Below, in pieces: positions 28,132 to 41,096 of a DNA stretch of 64,000 bases. Under the pieces are notes generated by a model. That model was not told where the DNA came from. It was given only the letters and a program-made list of their open reading frames with translations, and made no database searches. This DNA is from Zygnema circumcarinatum SAG 698-1b (taxonomy: Eukaryota > Plantae > Zygnematophyceae). The stretch is taken from assembly GCA_037447605.1 (NCBI GenBank), contig CM074804.1, positions 8,595,909 to 8,659,908 of the forward strand. Reading direction: 5' to 3'. Made by a program: the position numbers and the translations under genes. Positions within the stretch are counted from its first letter, which is position 1. Every line of letters begins with the position of its first letter.

Positions 28132-31100
28132 ATGGCGGGTTCCGCAGTGCCCCTCTCTGCGCCTCCGCCGGGGCGCTCCTGCGACAAAGGCTCGCAGACT
28201 GAGCTCGGTGCGCAGGGACTGGAGTATTTCTCTGGCGGTGCTGGAGGCTGGCAGGCTCACAGAGGCGTGCGGCACTTTGCAGATCATGACGAGAGCTGCG
28301 AGGCGAGCCCGCTGCACGGTCAGCAGAGCACTCTTGAAAAAGGCAGCGACCTCGACTTACTCTGACACCGAATCCGTTAAATTGTGGTATTGGAATGTGG
28401 ACGATGTAGCGTGTACTTTCGAAATTCGGATTATCTGCTAGTGACTGCCGCTTAACCAAAGCTTCTTTTGTGGAGTGAATTTCAAGAATCACATCAAATA
28501 AACCAGATAATAATTGTTGTAAACCATGCTCTGTCCGCGCGACCATGTGCGAGCTCTATTCGTAAATTGCTCCGTATTCTGCATGCTTCATGCAGGATGG
28601 AATGCAGATAACGGAGCAGAATTGCAGCAAGAGCGAATAAGGTGCTGTACATCATCCGCGGGTCAAAAGATGAGATAGAGTCACCTTGTCTTCCAGTAAA
28701 TAACTTCTATGGCATGCGAGGCTGCTCCACTTGTGCACTCAGAATATCATGCCAGTGCACTTTTGACTGCCACATATCAGACCCTCGGTCATTGTGCGAC
28801 TTGGTTAGCATGATGAAAGTATCAGAGGACATTTCTAAGGCGCCTGCTTCTGCTTACTCCGAGTTATTACGCACAAGAGCATCCACTACATGTGGCGCTG
28901 CGGCCAATCTTGTTAGAGAAAGTGACTGCAAAAATCTACGCTGAAACCACTGTCTTCATTGTTAGAGTGGCTTGCTTTGTACTGAAAGCCGACTCTATGA
29001 ACAGTTACTTTGAATATCAATAGGACACTCCCAGTAGTTTTTTGATAAGGGCAAGTAATGATGAAGCACAGTTCTTGTTCATTTTTCAGGAGTGGAAGCA
29101 AAGCTGAGGTGCTGACACCTGTTGTCACTCTTTTCAACAACAAATGGAAGTCTACCAACCTATCGATCATGGACCTTCAATGCCACCCCTTACAAGCCGA
29201 CTTGATAGTGGCCTGTTACTGGAATCCAGCTGTGGCTTCCCTAGACTGTGGCTCGTTTTCTTACTCAAACTCCAAAGGCTGGGTCACCTCCTCTGGCAAA
29301 TCTCCAGGAAGCAGCCTTTTTAATCAGACGCATAGTTCCCTCTCCCCCGACACTATTGATTCTTCCCAGTCGCAGACGTCACGTACAGAAGAAAACACTG
29401 ATCCTGCAGTCGTCGTGTGGTCTACGCAAGGTCAACAGGTTTCAATCTTGCAGAGCGAACATCGAGTAACGTCGCTGGCCTGGGACCCTGCAAACATTCA
29501 CGTTCTTTCTGGAGGCACACAACTGGGACAAATCCTCATTTGGGACACACGGGCAGGAAGGTGTGCGATTCAAAAAAGTAAACTGATATCAGCTAGGTGG
29601 CAGGGACACCTGGACATGGTCAACAACCTCACTATGGTTGACGAAGGAGAGTCAGGAAAGCTAGTGAGTACATGTAAAGCTGGTCGATTATGCACCTGGA
29701 CCCGACGCATGCTTGATAAGGTGTTTGTCCTCTCCCTGCCTTCCACACTGCCCAGCGGTGAACGTCAAAAACAAAAGATAGAAGCCTCTGTCGATAACAT
29801 TTTCGGATTTATGAATGTCATTGAAAGTGGTAACCGACTGCTTAGTAGTTCTTTGCGGCTCGCAAGTTAAGGGCTTAAAGCAATACATATGCCGGTGCAA
29901 CTTGATAGGGAAAGTACCGTTTTGCCGTTCGTGGTTTCATTAGTAGTGTCTCCTTAGCGCTGGCCAACAGGTCTGTTTAGTTGCCACGTTACCGCCAGAG
30001 CAACAAAAAGCTTTTGAAATAGGATGTGGCCCATTTTCCAGACTTATCCTACGCTGGACATTAGAATTGCAATACTGACGGGGAGAACAAGACTGATTTT
30101 TTATCCTGACCGCGAATGCAGCCTCTGACCAAATTGGAATTGCGACAGCCCGGGAGTTCAGAGGATTCGATAAACCTGGTCACTCAGTGGAATGTCGTCC
30201 CGACATGCTTATCCTTTGCGCATGGGGACAGGAACACGTTCTTTTTGGGAACTGAATCTGGCCAGCTGTACCAGGTATACTGTAGTTTTACTTATCATTG
30301 TTGTGGCATAAGGCTACAAGTAGACGTGATGGAATAGTTGAACAAAGCTCCTTGCGTTTGTTTGTCAATTGACGTGACTTTACTTTTCTTGAGAGTTTGG
30401 GTTGATACATAGAAAGCGGGTGAACATGATAACTAAGTGAACCGCCGATTGCTATGTGGATAACAGTCAGTCTCCATTCCTTTCAGATTTCTCAGGAGAA
30501 GGGGCAATGTGTGAGGATGGCAACGCACAGGAATATGTTGGTGTGGAGGAAATGGAGATTATCACGATTTAAAATGATTCTCAGTGCTTCTTGATTTGAC
30601 AGGGTACCCTGAATGGTAGTCCGGAAGCAGACCTTCCTGGTCTCTTCCGTCAGATTGGCCCACAATCGGACCAGCGACGGGTGCGCCGGTGGAGCGGTGA
30701 GGGGTTCATGAGGAGCTCACGGCACTTGGCGAACAGGCGACCTTCTGGTAGCTCCTCACCAATCGCACAGAGGGACTCCCACTTAAGTTCCTCGTGTACT
30801 TGTCCTCATCCTTCCTTTTGTTGGATGTATCAGCCACTCCGTACTGCTTTTCCTTTGCACACTCGTCAAAGTTATTGTACCTTCTCCCAATGAGTTTTTA
30901 AGCACTTGACAGCTTTTTTTTTTCTTCCTTTACTTTCATTTCCCTGTCATCAGTTATTGCACGTCTCTCTGCTGTCCATCTTCAGCAATAGCCAGAATGC
31001 ATTGCCTTCACCTCGCCAAGCTGTCAACTTCCTATCTATGCCTCCTCCTCGTCTCTTCTTTCAATAAGCGCTTCGCACTAGGATTGGTGGTCTCTGGCTG

Positions 31101-32143
31101 TTAAGCCTCATCCATGGCTACTGCGCACATTTTTATGGTACAATATGGGGGGGAAGTTGATGGTTACGTACCTTTTGATAAATTATCAACTGTCCTTTTC
31201 TGTTTCGTGCGCATCTTTAGTTTGCTTATTCCTTTTGCTGCATCGCACCCTTTCGAGCAGGTGCCGAAGCCCACCGGGGCCTCATCAGCGGCCTCCACTG
31301 CCACCCGGGCACACAGCAAGTGGAGGGCTTGCCTGACGTTGCTGACCTTATGCTGACGTCATCATGGGACTGGACTTTCAAGTTGTGGAGTGCGCATAAC
31401 CCGTCCAGGTGAGATGCATCTATGGATTTTGTCCAAGTATTTTGAACTTTCTGTCCATTCTTGTTTCTCGTTTGTCCTTGTTTGCTGTTCATTTGTTCTT
31501 CCAGTCTCATTTTTTTTTTCTTTTTAGCTTTGCATAGTTGCAGCCCCAGGCTGCTTCATAACCAGTGACTTCGTTCCTTTCCCTGAAAGCCGGTAAAGAT
31601 GAAAGGAAGATATGAAGCATTTAGAAGTCGGGTGAACTCCAACCACTGTTCTGTCGACACGCGAGGCAATGCCCGCCTAAAATCTTTTGAAGCAGCTGCG
31701 CTTTTGTGTTTGTAATGTTGTTTGTGGCGGGGTATTGATTTCTCTTTTTTGCCATTCACAGGCCATTGTGGAGCGTGGAGTATTTGAATGCATGTCATGA
31801 CGTGCAGTGGTCGCCGAGAGATCCCTTTGCGTTTGCGGTGCTTTCGGCGGATGACAACCGAGTGCAACTGTGGCACCTCGGGGCGAGTCTGAACGGACCG
31901 GTCGGGGCGCTGCCGCTGCGGCCCACCACCACTACTACTCACCGCGGCGCTGACGCCTCCTCTGCGGGCGGCGGCCGGCTGCGGTGGACCTCGGACGGCC
32001 GCCAGATCGTCTGCGCCGACCTGCGAGGGCGCATCCACGTGGTGGGGGCGGAGGCGGCGCAGGAGGCCTTCGGCGAGCTGCCGTCCGATGCGCTCGAGGC
32101 GGTCTGGGAGAAGGTGGAGGAGCTGAGGACGCGCAGCCGCTGA
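28132..32143 (+). CDS. Dynein intermediate chain-like WD40 protein, most similar in motifs to cytoplasmic dynein-1 IC (DYNC1I/Pac11/NudI type)
   Basis: Exons 29090-29720, 30122-30274, from 30603, 31261-31408 and 31762-32143 encode LFNNKWKSTNLSIMDLQCHPLQADLIVACY, GGTQLGQILIWDTR, GHLDMVNNLTMV...LVSTCKAGRLCTWTRRMLDKP, PTCLSFAHGDRNTFFLGTESGQLY, HRGLISGLHCHPG...DLMLTSSWDWTFKLW, DVQWSPRDPFAFA and RLRWTSDGRQIVCADLRGRIHV. These are collinear with the DYNC1I propeller. The N-terminal exon (ATG 28132) has KGSQTE. Exons between 28350 and 29090 are unresolved. Confidence 0.75.
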
Positions 32144-33341
32144 CTCTGACTCTGCCTCTTCTTCCCCCCCCCCTCCCTCTGCCTGTCCTTGTGCCATCGC
32201 ACGTGCTGGACAAGTCATTTGAAACGCAACGTACCATACTCTCATTCGGTATTTGCGTGCGATGATGCTCTATGCGGTGGGGTGGGGCCGTGCAATAATT
32301 TTGCATCCAAATGTTCTGTTTCGAGTAACTGACAGAGCTTAAAGTAGGCAGTTTGATATCCAGCATGACGGAAAAAAGCGCAAGTTTGAGCACACCCACC
32401 CTGCCATTCAGCCTCACATCGCTTTCGAGTTCAGTCCATGCTGAACGAACGAACACAAATGCTCCGAGGAACGATTCTTTCATGTATTCCAATAAATTTA
32501 ACAAATGAGAACGAGTCTACAGATCAGACAGAGGCATTTTAGGTGGAAGGATGAGCAAGTGCCTGCCAGTCAACCGCTGTGGCCCCGCTGTGGCCCCTCC
32601 GGATATGGAGGTGAAAGGCAAGCACACAGGTCCTCCCGAAGCAGATGGGTCAAATAACACTGCCTTGCCTAACGCAGCTGGTCCAGAGGGTTGCTACTTT
32701 TCACATACCTCATTACCATCAAAGCTAAAAGTTCACCTACCGCGGACCCGCCCACGCCTGACATCTCCAAGTAAGCGTTGTTCCACCACCAGACCTAACT
32801 ACGATTGATTGAACCTGACAGCTGATGACTCTAGTGATGTCAATATCTACAACTCAACAGCCTCTGTGTTTTTCTTTACAAATGCCATCAAGACCCGTCA
32901 CTGCTCTCTGGACCTCGCAGCCGGCCGTCTAAACAGCTGCAGATAAATAATGGGGCCATGTGCTCCAATATTCGTGTAGACAGGAGGAGCTCCTCGCAAA
33001 CAGACCAAACTTTTCTCCAAAAACTCTCCATTGTTGGCGCCATGCTGTGTCCACAGGCCTCACTGACCCCGGAAACCGATGCTTCCCGAAGACACCTACA
33101 GCAACCGATTTATTGACATTCTACAGATTTCCGAATGAAACTCTGCACAAACTTCGCTTGTTTGAGCCTCATCTCAGTTGCAGGACAGGCTGCCAGCGGC
33201 CTCCTGAGAAGTTTTGTGCATTGGTTGACGGCAACGCATTTGTCAACGCAAGCAGCAGGGTGCTCTGCATGACTCTTCCAGTTGTCAATTCGATCATATA
33301 ATTCCATCGGTCGATCGCCTCAAGATCCCTAACGCGGCTTC

Positions 33342-35719
33342 CTATACATCCGTGCGAGGGTATTTTACGTATTCCCCACCCATCAGCTGAAGGACCTCTT
33401 CCCAAAGTTTATCGTGGGGTGTCTTCAAAAGTATACCAGGACTGCACGCTGCAATCTGCCACCATCCTGACCTGACTTCTTTCTGCAGCTGCATGGAATC
33501 CCAGCCTGCATATCCGAAAAAGAAACGGAAATCTTCTGGCCTGGCTTCATGAGTATTTACTGCGGACACTGCTGCTTCCATGGACGACATGCTGCCACAG
33601 TACGTTCCCGGTAGAACCTCATCAGAACCGTTAACGTTTCCAACATTATGAAGCAAAATAAAACGACGAGTATCCAGAGGACCTCCCACGTTGACCGGGC
33701 ATGATCCAAAGGTCTTCATCAAGCTATGGCTCATCCCCTTCATCGTGCCGATTCTGTGGCTCAAGGGCTTGTTCAGCACCACTCCATATGGTGCCTCTTC
33801 ATCCTCATGACTAAGCATGAGAATAACAGATTTTTCGAAAAACGCATACCCATTTAGCTGCTCTGTAGCTACGAGAATACAGCCTCGCTCAAGTTTAGGA
33901 ACCACATGAGCCCATTCTCTGCCTTCCCTCCCCCTGGATGAGACAGTCCACGCACCGAAATCAAATCTACTCTTTCCGTACTCATTGTCCTCGAACCCTC
34001 GAGACTCTCCTGCTCTACTCTCAGCTTGCTGTTCCATGTCGACAAGCTGCGCACGAAAGGTTCGCCAATCCATGTCGCGAGGGGTTGAAGACGAGAACGC
34101 TGGATGAAACAAAGACTGCTCTCTCTGAAACGACTCCATATCATCATCTTCAGGGGCAGGCAGCCCGTCCTTTGCACCCCCATTGCCTCGTCCAGAACTG
34201 CATATTATACTCCAACTTCTGCCTGCACATCAGAGGAACACAATAAGCAAAATCAGAATAACCGGCCAAGACTTCGCTTTTATAGCACGCGTACGTGCTT
34301 GTCCATAATAAACCTCGTCGACGTGATTCTTCTTCAGTGTGATTTACAGGCACCTACGAAGAAATCTTCTCACGCCCCAGCAATCTTCACATTAGAAAGC
34401 CATGTTGCATTCCCGGATCCCAAACATGCTTCCCCAACCCTTGCCGTGGAGAACGCGTGCAGCAAAGCATTTATAATTCTATGGCTTCAAAGCACATTTC
34501 AGAAATTCAAAATCCAGAACCGTTCTGATGCTTGTTTCCCTTGAGAAACATCATAAGTGCGTCCTGAGTAGCGATTGCTACATGAGATCATCTTGAAGCA
34601 ATGATCAAATCCAACAATCCGCACTTTGAAATTGATGAGCTCACCGATTCCTGAGCTAACATCTGATCTGTGTCAGATGATTGAAGTGTAAAGACATCCA
34701 ATGAAACAAATAAAAATTAAAAACAATGACGGGATCAATTGCATTCGGTGGGCCTCTGCAACGCCATCATTCACTGGTGCCGGTGTCAATTTCAATACAA
34801 TGCTATTCACCGGAAGTTCTGCACTACAGTCTCAACAGACTATTAACAGGGGCAAACTTCCTCAAAAGGAAAAACTTTATTAGATTGCTTCTTCTGAACA
34901 AAAAAAAAGAGAGTTCAAAATGAAACCTCAGAAAAGATGCGTCCCCATCTTTTGTTTCCGTTTCTTTTCCATCCCGCAGTAAGACAAGTTGGCCTTCTTT
35001 CCCATAAGCAATGTTCTAAAAGGCTTTTATGGCGGTATGCTTTTGGACCGAAGTTCCGACAGTCAGAAACTTTAGTAAACTATTTCAATCTCACTCAACT
35101 GCTAGCCGGTCCACATTCCGGCAAGGCAAATTTTGCAAGCTCAAAAGCTGTCATTTTGACAGCCATCTGGAAACCTGCATAACACTGTAAATCAATGCTT
35201 GCCGTAAGCAATCATGGCGTTTCCTAACTGTAGCGGCAACGTCTCCATAGCACACTCGTTCATCACGAAGCTCAAAAGGAAGCTGCAACGTTAGCAGCAT
35301 CAGGTCAAGTATCATAAGCGTGAACATCCATAGCGTCCTTTCATGGAATTGTATCAACTTCAAAAAAAAAAAAAAAAACCGACTTCCTTTCAAGCAGAAG
35401 AGACAAAAATAGCTAAAACTCCCCTTACCGATCTCCTCGCAGCCGCAGGCACCGACACAAGCATTTCATCTAGAGCAAGCCAAGGGCCGCACGTGCTACT
35501 GAGAAGCAGCAGAAAAGCACCTTTACGAGGCGCTCCAATATCTTTTCCAGAAAATGAAGGATAAAATGCCTTGGCTGACAGCAGCGTCCTCGAGGCGGAG
35601 TGCTCTTTACAGGCCCCCTCCGCGGGCGCCGCCACTCTGCAAGCGGCGCGCAGCCCTTGCGCATGCGTTCCCGAGGTGAGAGAGAAGGCAGGTGCTCCGG
35701 CGGCGACAGCAGCAGCCAT
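33342..35719 (-). CDS. DUF179/UPF0301 (AlgH/YqgE-like) protein with probable plastid transit peptide
   Basis: Main exon (~34225-33342) has the plant-type DWRTFRAQLV motif plus LERGCILVAT, FEKSVILML, GVVLNKP, GGPL, FFFGYAGWDSMQLQKEV and LWEEVLQLMGGEY. An upstream Ala/Ser/Arg-rich exon starts at agccATGg 35719; a short exon lies at ~34353-34314. The 3' end may include a further small exon. Confidence 0.85.
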
Positions 35720-35873
35720 GGCTCCTTCCTCTGTCTCCCTCCCTCTCCCTCCCTCGCTCGCGAGTGTCGCGTGTGCGGAGTCTGGAGGGATGTCAGCGGA
35801 TCAGGCGGGGGGGGGGGGGTGCGCGTCGCCCCTCCCAGTCCCATGCCCAGGCCCAGGCCCGCCCCTCAACCCC

Positions 35874-35913
35874 ACCGACCGACCGACCGACCGACCGACC
35901 GACCGACCGACCG
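35874..35913 (+). repeat. (ACCG)10 tetranucleotide microsatellite in the divergent DUF179/TrmH promoter
   Basis: Ten perfect ACCG units. Confidence 0.95.
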
Positions 35914-36404
35914 TTGGGCTCCGACTCGTCAACGGCTACACCACACCACGCCCCGCCGCGCTTCGAAAGGAACGGCTCACTTCGGAACCAGTTTACGAGG
36001 GACCTGCCCCCACTCTGGGAAGGGTACTGCGTTTGATCCACGCCGCCGCCGTCTGAAAACACCGCCGGCCCGCCCCTACCGCATATTTGCGACATTTACG
36101 ATATTGCGATATTTGAGACATTGTGTTTTTTGCGATGTTGCGATATTGCGATACGGTAGTTGTTTCCAAGGACGGCGGGCGGGCTGGCGGGCGCGGCCGC
36201 GTCTCTCCCCGCCCCGCCCCACCGCGCCCCGTCCCCTCGCCGAGTGCAGGGCAGGGCCGAGCAGAGCACGCGCAGGCAGGCAGGGAGGGAGAGCAGGCCA
36301 GGCAGGCAGGCAGACAGCCTTTCCTTCTCAAGGCAAGGCAAGGGAAGGGAAGGGAAGGGACGCCGCTGCAGGCCCGGCCATAGCCAGCCGCGGCCACCTC
36401 TCTC

Positions 36405-39210
36405 ATGGCCGCCCGCGCGACCGCTCTCGCGCGCGCCGCGCGCCTTGCGGCGCCTCGCGGAGGGCCGCCCTCACGTGCGTCGAGCCGCAGCGACGACGCG
36501 CAGGTCAGTGCTCTGCTTCAGGCGCCGTGGCCCTTGCTCGCTCGCTACAAAACGCCGTTTTCGACGCCGCATTTCTGATGCGGTAAGCCCTTAAAATATA
36601 AAGGAACAGTCCCTTTTGCTGAGTGGAGCAGGTATTTTCTTGCTTCTCAGGCAAGATATCGCATGTTTTCTACTGGATTCAAGCCGCGAGAAAATGGAAA
36701 TGCATGGCGTATTTGCTGCAGCAGGAGAAGGCTGAATGGAAGGAGCATTCATGGCGTATTTTCGGCGAATGGTGGAATTTCTCCGGAGGTCGAGCAGCAA
36801 CGAGGGCTTGCGGCATTAAAGGGAGAGGAGAGGACATCTGAGGAGGTCAGCGTGCCCGGCCGCCCGTGGCTTACTCGGCCGAGAAGGACCCCGGTATCCC
36901 GCCTGGAACTCGTCGGCTGCAAGCTCCCTCACCAAAGCAGGAAGGATACAGCAGCTCCACTCGCAATGGCGAGCGCAGATGAAGCCCGTGACATGGCGCA
37001 CCATGCAGACCTTCAAACAGAAGTGGGTGAAAGTAGTATGGGGGAACCGGTGGTCAACGAAGCTGAAAATGGAGGAGCAGTGTCCGCTGAACGATTGTTA
37101 TCATCTTTTGATGAAGGCTCTTGGACATGCAGGGGTCGACAGAAGGCAAAAACCTCGTTTCCGTTGAACTCTCAGGTTGGCAGTGATAACGGTCATTTTC
37201 AAAAAACAGCAGGACCCAAGATGTGGTTTCCTTACACGGACGAATTTGATCTTGGTTTACCAAAGCTGCTAAAGAGCACGGAAGTAATTGAGTTGTTGAA
37301 TCCTTTCCTAGTGGAGGGACGGAGGTCGCGAATGGAGCGCACTGTGGCAGAGCGCACATTTTCAATAGTGCCAGTCATTGAAGGATTAGCAGATTTGGGT
37401 AACGTTTCGGCCGTTTGCCGCACTGCAGAGGCACTAGGGTTTCAGTCTGTTCACGTTATCTCCTCCGATAACAGAAGGAGGTGAGTGACAAGTTTCAGCG
37501 TTGCAGTTTGCTTACACATTTCAAATGCAACCGTGCACACCGACGCAAGTCATCATGGCATCATCATATTGTTTTTTGTCATGTCGGTGGTGTTTCAAAT
37601 GCGGACCATTTTTACCATTTGTGTGTCGTGCAAGGAGTGCTCACAGTACAGAAACACTCACTTATACTTCTTTTGTGTTCCAGGTTTAAGGACAATCGGA
37701 ACATAAGCATGGGCACAGATAAGTGGCTTGATGTAGAGTTATGGGAAAAGGCCGCCTCATGTCTGGACGCATTGCGAAAACGTGGTTACCGGATCATAGC
37801 TACCCACATCGCGCCTGACACGGTGTGAATGACTGCGCGTTGCTAAATGTTTTAGAATAAGCCGAGTTTTGCGAACTGGGGCGGAAAATTGGCATCCTTG
37901 CTTTTCAGTCTTGGGAAAACGCCTGTTTGCTCGCTGTTTTGTAAGCATTCGGTTACCTGATGGAAGTTTTTTCCTCTACCCCTCTTTGTTGCGTCTTGAT
38001 TAGGTGCCGATATATGATATTGATTGGACGCTTCCAACAGCTGTTATTTTTGGAAACGAGCACCGGTGAGAAATAGGAAGTTGATTTAGATTCATGCTTT
38101 TTCCCATATACCTTTACGTCGCTTCCACGGGGACCCAAAAAACCATTTTAGAAAAGGGGAGGTCTTTCGTAAGCTTTCTCTATGCATGCTGAAGCAAGAG
38201 CAGAAGCAGGAGTTCCTCAAGCCTTTTAACCGAGTAATCATGTACCATGCATTACATTGGGGGTACAAAGAGCAAATGAATTCTCGAGGCAACTTCCATC
38301 CCCATGTAATAGAATTGTGGGGCAAACAAAGCTATTCAAGAAGCATCGTGTAACCATACGTCATGCAGGCATGAAAGGAAGTCTGTCTAGCAGCGTTCAG
38401 CCAGCGAAGTGAAATTACTCTTTTCGTTTCTATAGGATATTCCGTTTGCTGTCACAAAATTTCTGATGGTTTGAGTCACTGACTAGTTCTTTTCTCACGA
38501 AGAAATAAGACGCTGGGAAAGCTGTTAGTGCTTTGTCCTTGAGACACAAGGTGCAGACTTCTTTAGAGGGAGGCGGAGACTGTTCAATTCTTCCCTCTTT
38601 CTCCACGATGTAAGTCTCGCCATCTGCTGGTTTGTCTGCAGGGGAGTGAGTGCTGAAATTCTACAGGCGAGTGACTTACGCTGCGCCATTCCCATGACTG
38701 GCATGGTGGACTCCTTCAACATCTCTGTTGCAGCGGGAATCACCATGCACCACGCCATGCAGGATCGATTGCTGCGCCAGGTGAGGCCCCGGCCCCTAAG
38801 GCAAAGAATGAAAGGCAGAGGAGGTAGGGGAGGCGAGGTGCCAAGGGAGGCGGTCTTGTGTCTCGACCGCACTGCAAACAGCGATAGGATCTGCATCGAC
38901 AAGTATGGAAGCAATTGAATCTTAGTGGAAGAATATGGGTAGTTCAAGGAGAGCGCGGGGAGAGTCTCGCCATGTTGGATCTTTGCATGAAATCACAGCA
39001 ACTGTCCGTGTCATTGTGCGACGCACGCAGGGCTTCCACGGGGACTTGACGGAGGAGCAACAGAAAATCCTGGTGGCGGAGTTCATGCTGCGCCACAACA
39101 GGCACACAAAGTGCATCATAGAGCAGCTGCTGTCGCAGGAAGGAGTGAGCCTCGGGCAGAGCAAAAAGAGTCCTTTAGAGAGGTTCCTTGCCAAAACATC
39201 CGTTCCGTGA
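36405..39210 (+). CDS. trmH: SpoU/TrmH-family RNA 2'-O-methyltransferase (tRNA Gm18 type) with organellar targeting peptide; exons 36405-36503, 36651-37480, ~37684-37823, 38004-38065, ~38642-38780, ~39030-39210
   Basis: SPOUT motifs VIEGLADLGNVSAVCRTAEALG, ISMGTDKWLDV, PTAVIFGNEHRGVS and IPMTGMVDSFNISVAAGI are present in order. Confidence 0.9.
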
Positions 39211-39765
39211 TGTACAGACCACCTCCATCTCACTTCGATCGCCGATAACAGCAGTTTTATTGGAATGCAAGCGCATGAAGTATAAGTAGGACCTTGGCTC
39301 GTCCTTCTGCCTCGAAGGTGCTCAGCGCTAGGCCGCGAGTGCTCGTTTGCATAAAGGGACACCTGTTTTTCAAAAGCTACCGAAAATCCAGAACCCAGAG
39401 TTCCGAGAGGCATGGGCGCTGGCTGTAAAGAGGAGGGTTGGGACGGTTAAGTACCGACCCCATGCTGAGACCAGATGTACTGAAAGTGATCGATTGGAGG
39501 TCGCAAGTGGGCGGTGAGGCCTTTAGCTGCCTCACAACGAGGTGAAGGCAGTGATCACGCGCCGGGCGACCGCGGTTTCACAAATTAAGAACGGAGAAAA
39601 ACGCATGTTCGGGTCACAACAGGATGGACGATACATTTTGTACGTTTTTGCATGTAAAATTTAATAATTCGAAATGAATTGAAACACAGGAAATGGACTT
39701 AAATCCCAACGCCCTACTGAAGCTCGCGAGCATTGGCTGCTCGCCAAAAGCGGAGCAGTTCAAAA

Positions 39766-41096
39766 CTATTTTGAATGCCGAGGGGAAGACGGCGCCCCCT
39801 TTTCTTCCGCAGCAGCCTGTGCTGAGGACGACGCCTTCTCCATGGCCTCTTGCCATTGCCTTATGGCCGGAAAGCTTTCCAGAACTTGGAGGCGGCGCCT
39901 CAAGGCCTGCCCCATCCAACCGGCCGCTCAGCACCCCAAAACAAGAACGTCAGTTTCCAGTCTTTGTGAAAGGGGGGGGGCATTGCTCGCGCTGCCAAAC
40001 GGCCAAGGGGACGGCCAACCCACCTCCAGCTCTTCTCTGCGGATCTCTTCTTTGCGCGCTTCAGACCTTGCACTTCTCCCATACTCGAATACCAGAACTG
40101 AGCATGCAACCTATAAAAAAAAACGTCAAATATGATTACATCACCTGAGAAGTGCAGATCAACACAGCTGGAATTCAAAGTCTTTGCTTCAAGATAGTGT
40201 TAACATGCTCGTGAACGTACAGTGCTCCTTATGCTATTTAAGAGGATAAGAGTGTTAAGCAGTTAGAAGATGAGAGGATCAAGTGATAGTTTTTTAGGCT
40301 TCCGCTAATGTCTCCGCACATAGAGTTAGCAAATACAAACAGGAAAAACCTAAACAGCTCAGCTTAGCATCATGGAGTCGTGAAAGCGGCACCAACGTTC
40401 ATCCAATAATTTCTTAGGACATGACAAGGCACAGGTGCAACTGAAAGAAATTCAATCACTTTTAAACGTTAGTTACCGCAAAGACGACGCCTTCCCCCAT
40501 CATGTCTGCCGCAGCTTGCACAGCTCGGTCCTCATTGAGCGGCCGGACCTCAACGTCAGTGTCCTGGCCGTATAGACGCCGTTGGAAGTTCGTGCTCCAC
40601 TTGTGATATCGCTGCGCGAAGGCAGGACAAACTCAAGGATATCAAGAACACTCTCTGCCATCCGTTTGCTTCGTAAGGAAGCTCATTCACCTCTCCGCAC
40701 CTTGCCACAGCAACAAAAAAAAAACATTCTGATAACAAACATATTTGCTTGACACCGCCTCATAGAAAGTAGACGAGCAGACCCACAAACAGTTTCTGCA
40801 ATGACAGATGATGATGTGCACTTGCTTTTGATTGGCGGTAACAGATCGACACACGCTCCCTAAGCCAGCGCTCTGTAAGTGTGGAGTGTTTGCACCCATT
40901 CACTTCCAAATATGACAAGAATTAAAGGAACTGTTTTCTCCACCCTTCAGTTGCAGATGACACACACCTGCACATAATAACTGATGAATTCTCTGAATTT
41001 TGGATGATGAGCGGCACGAGCTTTTACAACATTCGCAAGAGGTTTACTGGCTGTACGTAGCAGCAGAGTACCAAGTTTCAGCAACGGAAGCACCAT
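39766..41096 (-). CDS. OPA3: OPA3-like mitochondrial protein, 4 exons
   Basis: MVLPLLKLGTLLLRTASKPLANVVKARAAHHPKFREF | RYHKWSTNFQRRLYGQDTDVEVRPLNEDRAVQAAADMMGEGVVFA | VACSVLVFEYGRSARSEARKEEIRREELE | ALRRRL...SK*. Confidence 0.92.
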
